Source: Paecilomyces variotii
Lineage: Eukaryota
Assembly: GCA_004022145.1 (NCBI GenBank)
Contig: RCNU01000010.1
DNA length: 64,000 bases
Strand: one strand, 5' to 3'
Below are positions 59,914 through 64,000 of this stretch, one piece after another. The translations under genes were made by a program, and so were the position numbers. The notes beneath the pieces are model-generated. The model ran no database searches and was not told where the DNA came from. It was given only the letters and a program-made list of their open reading frames with translations. Each line of letters begins with the position of its first letter. Position 1 is the first letter of the stretch.

Positions 59914-60033
59914 TAGAAAACACTTGACGGCGCCTATATCGTCGTCATTCGGATTGCTCGCCTTTCTCTGAAGACGGTTGACAGCTTGGGCGATGTCAGG
60001 GCAGGTTTTAATAGCTAGCCAATTTAGCTTTCC
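59914..60033 (-). mobile_element. Ty1/copia pol fragment (end of RT, before RNase H)
   Basis: GKLNWLAIKTCPDIAQAVNRLQRKASNPNDDDIGAVK matches the copia GxLxxLxxxTRPDIxxAVxxLxRxxxxP...AxK motif. Confidence 0.75.
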
Positions 60034-60204
60034 ACCAGGGATGAAGGTGACTCTTTTGGTGAACTTGCAAGTAACCGACATACAGCAGTCCATACCGTTG
60101 GAGCTAGGGAGACCCAGGATAAAATCGATCGTTATAGTATGGAACGGAATGGCCGGTGTCAATATGGGTTGGAGCGAGCAGCCGAACGGCTTGTGGCGTC
60201 GTGT
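60028..60204 (-). mobile_element. Ty3/gypsy integrase fragment (first half of core)
   Basis: TRRHKPFGCSLQPILTPAIPFHTITIDFILGLPSSNGMDCCMSVTCKFTKRVTFIPG. Confidence 0.85.
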
Positions 60205-60243
60205 GGCAGCTAATATAGCCCCGTCGGGTTTTCAGTTTGCTGT

Positions 60244-60611
60244 CAAATCTGGGCTGACACAATCGTTGGGGTTTGGGCTGTTGAAGGCGCTTGACGCCAA
60301 TGAATGTCTGCCTATCCTAAGCTTGTCATTCGAAAAGTTAACGATCTTGTAGCCTTCCTATACATCATTGGAAATCAGTATCAATAAGTTATGCTTATAT
60401 ATAGAGGGAAAGCGAAACATACATCGGGATCAACACCGATCTCCCAATTATCAAACGCTTCATGGATATCAACGGACAGAAGCAGACCGTCTTGCGGGGA
60501 GTAAAGGCCACTGGCGCCTATGGCAGAGGGTGGCCTTATGTCCGTGATGTGACGTCGAAAGTTTTGAGCCTGCCATTGTGATATTCTGCTAACGGGGAAG
60601 ATATGAGCCGC
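60244..60611 (-). pseudogene. Fungal HNH-endonuclease (HNH_2-type) gene fragment, truncated at both ends
   Basis: AAHIFP...W...SPQDGLLLSVDIHEAFDNWEIGVDPD, intron 60358-60422, then EGYKIVNF...DCVSPDL. The N of H-N-H reads as D. Confidence 0.75.
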
Positions 60612-62177
60612 GGATGATCTCTTCCACGTCCTCTGGCGTGGGCAGTCTCCTTTGTTGACCAAGAACACCGTCAAGCCAGACGTTAAACTCGATGATGTTA
60701 AAAGACTGAAAAATATTGCTTGACAAGATAGTATCAACCGAGTCTGTGATCATCATTATGATACTCTCAACCAGGCAACCGAAGGACCGGCCTGCACTGG
60801 CTGGCATGCATGCTAGAATCCTGAAGTTTACCTTCCATCCCATCTGATGGATCTTGCGGTACATGAAGAGATCGGAATCTCCCTACCGAATTCTCTTTAA
60901 AGACTGAAAACCCTTCCTTGACAAGGGGGAAACGTCAATTCGACTATCGACAAAGGTATCCACAAGCCACAAGATGATCCCAATGGACATACCGGCTGTT
61001 GTTTTCTCCATTCATTGTGACAAACTATACGTGTGATAAGAATATACCAATCTATTGCATAACATGTCAAGGAGAAGAGTAAATAGGTAGAGATGATATG
61101 TTCTATATTCTCAGATATTGATACGAAAGATCGCAGTGGGATGATGAAGATGATGATATTCCTCTCTATGGAGGGGAAGGCTAATATACTGGGCTAAGTA
61201 TATGTGATTTCATGTCCCGGCCTGCCCAGGCCGTACCTGCTTAATCCTGTAACAGATATACTAGAGCGACTTCCGGGGTAGAGTAGTCTATCATCGATGA
61301 AGAGCTATAGATAGTAAAAGGTGGCCCAGAGCCTGAGGCGAGCTCAGAGGATTATCTTTTGTCAAGATCTAGATAGTCATTGCAGTATCATAATAATGTC
61401 TGGGAGGTCTCCTACATTGCCCTTCTGTAGATAGTGTGATATGGTATGAGGATGCGAAAGGAGGAAGAGTAAGGACGGGGAAAGGCATTAAATATCCATT
61501 GTGTGACGGAAAACTGGGACCGGAAAGGGCAGAACAAGAGGAAGTGAAGATTAGCAAGGTGAAAGATGGTTGCTCACGCAAATTCAATCACAGTGTATTA
61601 GAGTGAAGCAATAAGAGCATCCATAGAGAAGTGGACGTCTGGCAGGGCTGACGCCAAGACGCGTGGTTGCTGGTCCATCCGCTGGAACTATCCATCTATC
61701 CATCTATCCATCTACCACCATCACTGAACATCAATTCGACCATTTGCCAAGATGCTCGTCTGGACATTCCTGGACAGATCAGAAGTATCGCCGTGTCTGC
61801 CATGGACATCGTCAATGATCGGTTCACTGCGGGAAATCCATTGGCAGCCGCTCTCCGCTATGACGTAGGTGCACCAGCTGCCGGATCGGGACAGCGTCAA
61901 ACGAGATGATATCAGAGACTCCAAGATGAAGCAGAACGGCCATTCCCTGGCCATCCACTGCCAGCCATGCGAATCCTTCCGCTCGCTTATTTCTTGTCCA
62001 GGCACGCCCACAGGTCGACCTCTTTCTTCTCTTCATCAGCACCAGTTGGGGAAACGCCCTGCTTCACCACCGCTGGGACGGGGATTCCTCTCTCGATGAC
62101 TCGGGCTTTCACTGCAACTTAAGAGCACAGACTGATCCGGAACCACCTGCGCTATTATCAATTCAAGCATCGCCGAT

Positions 62178-64000
62178 ATGACCACCCAGCACGCGCCGGC
62201 AGGCCATTGGGGCGTCAATAATCCCATCCCCAATATCCAGCGGTTCGTAGAGAGCTTGGACAAGGACAAAAGAGAACGGGACAGGAGGATCGATGAGGAA
62301 GAACGCCAAAAGCGACAAGCGGAGAGAGAAGGGGGAGCGGTCCCCCACGGACAGCAGGATTCCTCCAAGCACAAGGGCACACGAAAGGTGACCGACCCCA
62401 CGACAGGCAAAGAGGTCGAAATCGAGGATGTGGGACGAGATCTCGTGAAAGAATCGAAGGACCCAGATGTACGTACATTTACACTAGAGGAAAGGGAAGA
62501 GGCCACGTCTGACCCGCTACGTTGTTTCAACAGCTTTCGGTTCCCAATGCCAACCTGAACAAGCCAACGGTGAGTGAATACATGCGGTTATGAAATGCAG
62601 CAGCAGAAGATGACTGACTGACACATCGTGTAGCCCATCAAGACGGAGCCTACACAGCCGCTACCGGAATACAAGCACAACCAGGATGTCACCGCACCGC
62701 CAGACCCCATCGCCGAGGGGACAACATCGGACGTCCCCATTCGGGGTGAGAAGACCAATGTCCTATTCCATCCTACGCCGTCCATTACATACCAGCCAAT
62801 GTTCGAGACCCTGGAGAAACGGGCTACCGGTCTTTGTATCGCCACGGTTATCGGCATCATTTTCGTGGGCAAGATGTTTGGCGGTTCTCTCTGGGGATTG
62901 ATCCCATTGGCCTCTATCATCTCTTCAGGGACTTTCTTGTGGATGAAGGAAGTTATCAGGAGTGGCCGCGAAATGGAGTGGAGTAGTGAACAGCTGCGCG
63001 GTGAGACGGTAAGATTTCTCCCCTTTCGGATAGATGTTTGCCTATGGGTTCTTCTGACAGTCTCCAGGCAACGGCAAACCTGCTACCGGAGTCTGTCGAG
63101 TGGATGAACACGTTCCTGACCGTTGCATGGGGTCTGATGAACCCAGATATGTTTTCAGGCATTGCGGACACTATTGAAGATATCATGCAAGCATCTGTTC
63201 CGAGTGTCATTGAGAACGTCCGTGTTGCGGAGATTGATCAGGGAAACAACCCAATCCGTATCCTCAGCCTTCGTGCCCTCCCTGATAGTCACGTCAAGCA
63301 GCTGCAGGAAAATGCTCACGAAGAGAATAAGAAAAACAAGGATCCTCAAGCTGCCGCAGCTGATGAGGAGGGAGGCGACTACTACAATCTGGAAGTCTCG
63401 TTTGCCTACCACGCCAAGCCAAGCGAAGGAAGTATGGCGTCCAAGGCCCGCAACATGCACATGGAACTGGTCTTCTACCTTGGAGTGAAGGGCCTCTTTG
63501 GCGTGCCCCTGCCGGTCTTTGCGGAGTTGATTGAGATGGTAGGGACCGTTCGATTGCGGTTGCAGATGACACCACAGCCCCCGTTTGCGAAGAATTTGAC
63601 ATTCAGCTTCATGGGATTGCCTCACATTCGCGCCGGTTGTACTCCTATGGTCCGGAGCGGTGTCAACATCTTGAACCTTCCTCTCATCTCCAACTTTGTC
63701 AACTATGCCATCGGCGCGGCTGCCAGTCTCTATGTGGCCCCCAAGTCCATGTCGTTGGATCTGAGCATGCTGCTGAAGGGAGACGACATCCAGAAGGACA
63801 CCGACGCCATAGGCGTCATGTGGGTCCGAATCCATCGAGCGATCGGTCTCAGCAAGCAGGACAAACGCGGTAGCGAAGGTGGCGGCAGTGATCCTTACAT
63901 CAACCTGTCGTTCTCCAAATATGGAAAGCCCATGTACTGTACCAGGGTGATCACAGACGACCTGAATCCCATCTGGGAGGAAACAGCAGCACTGTTGGTG
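62178..64000 (+). CDS. SMP/C2-domain tricalbin-like protein (Mug190-like), 5' part
   Basis: NPIPNIQRFVESLD, VTDPTTG, a TM hairpin, the SMP start PESVEWMN and the C2 motif SDPYINLSF. Introns 62469-62533, 62570-62633 and 63009-63067. Runs off the window. Confidence 0.88.

Noticed and set aside
1-64000. tRNA/rRNA genes, CRISPR arrays, Starship captain (tyrosine recombinase), and the many antisense or nested ORFs in the track
   Set aside because: No such RNA genes, arrays or recombinase were recognised by eye (covariance searches not run). The nested ORFs are shadows of real genes, many with non-ATG starts.

Overview
Eukaryotic, intron-containing DNA from a filamentous ascomycete. Gene content and splice signals look Eurotiales-like, but the species cannot be determined from this window. 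The conserved backbone is: 3' end of a TOM1/HUWE1 HECT ligase, RPS6, an SGNH hydrolase, a Rox1-like HMG-box factor, an SNF2 ATPase, an NRK1-like kinase, LYS2, a type II membrane protein, xanthine dehydrogenase, PRM1, a BNA3-like aminotransferase, MGS1 and the 5' part of a Mug190/tricalbin-like gene. Three accessory islands interrupt it (~16-19 kb, ~37-47 kb, ~52-61.5 kb), each with a kinase-fold gene next to decayed genes. Main observations: (i) the HMG-box factor carries a C-terminal domain that reads like a P-loop-dead thymidylate/deoxynucleoside-kinase fold; (ii) an APH-family kinase gene sits between 63-bp direct repeats, is broken by a TACATA 4-bp insertion, and lies head-to-head with a frameshifted PD-(D/E)xK-like gene; (iii) a same-strand mosaic of HNH-nuclease, gypsy integrase and copia pol fragments. 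All family calls come from manual translation and motif recognition; no database or HMM search was run.
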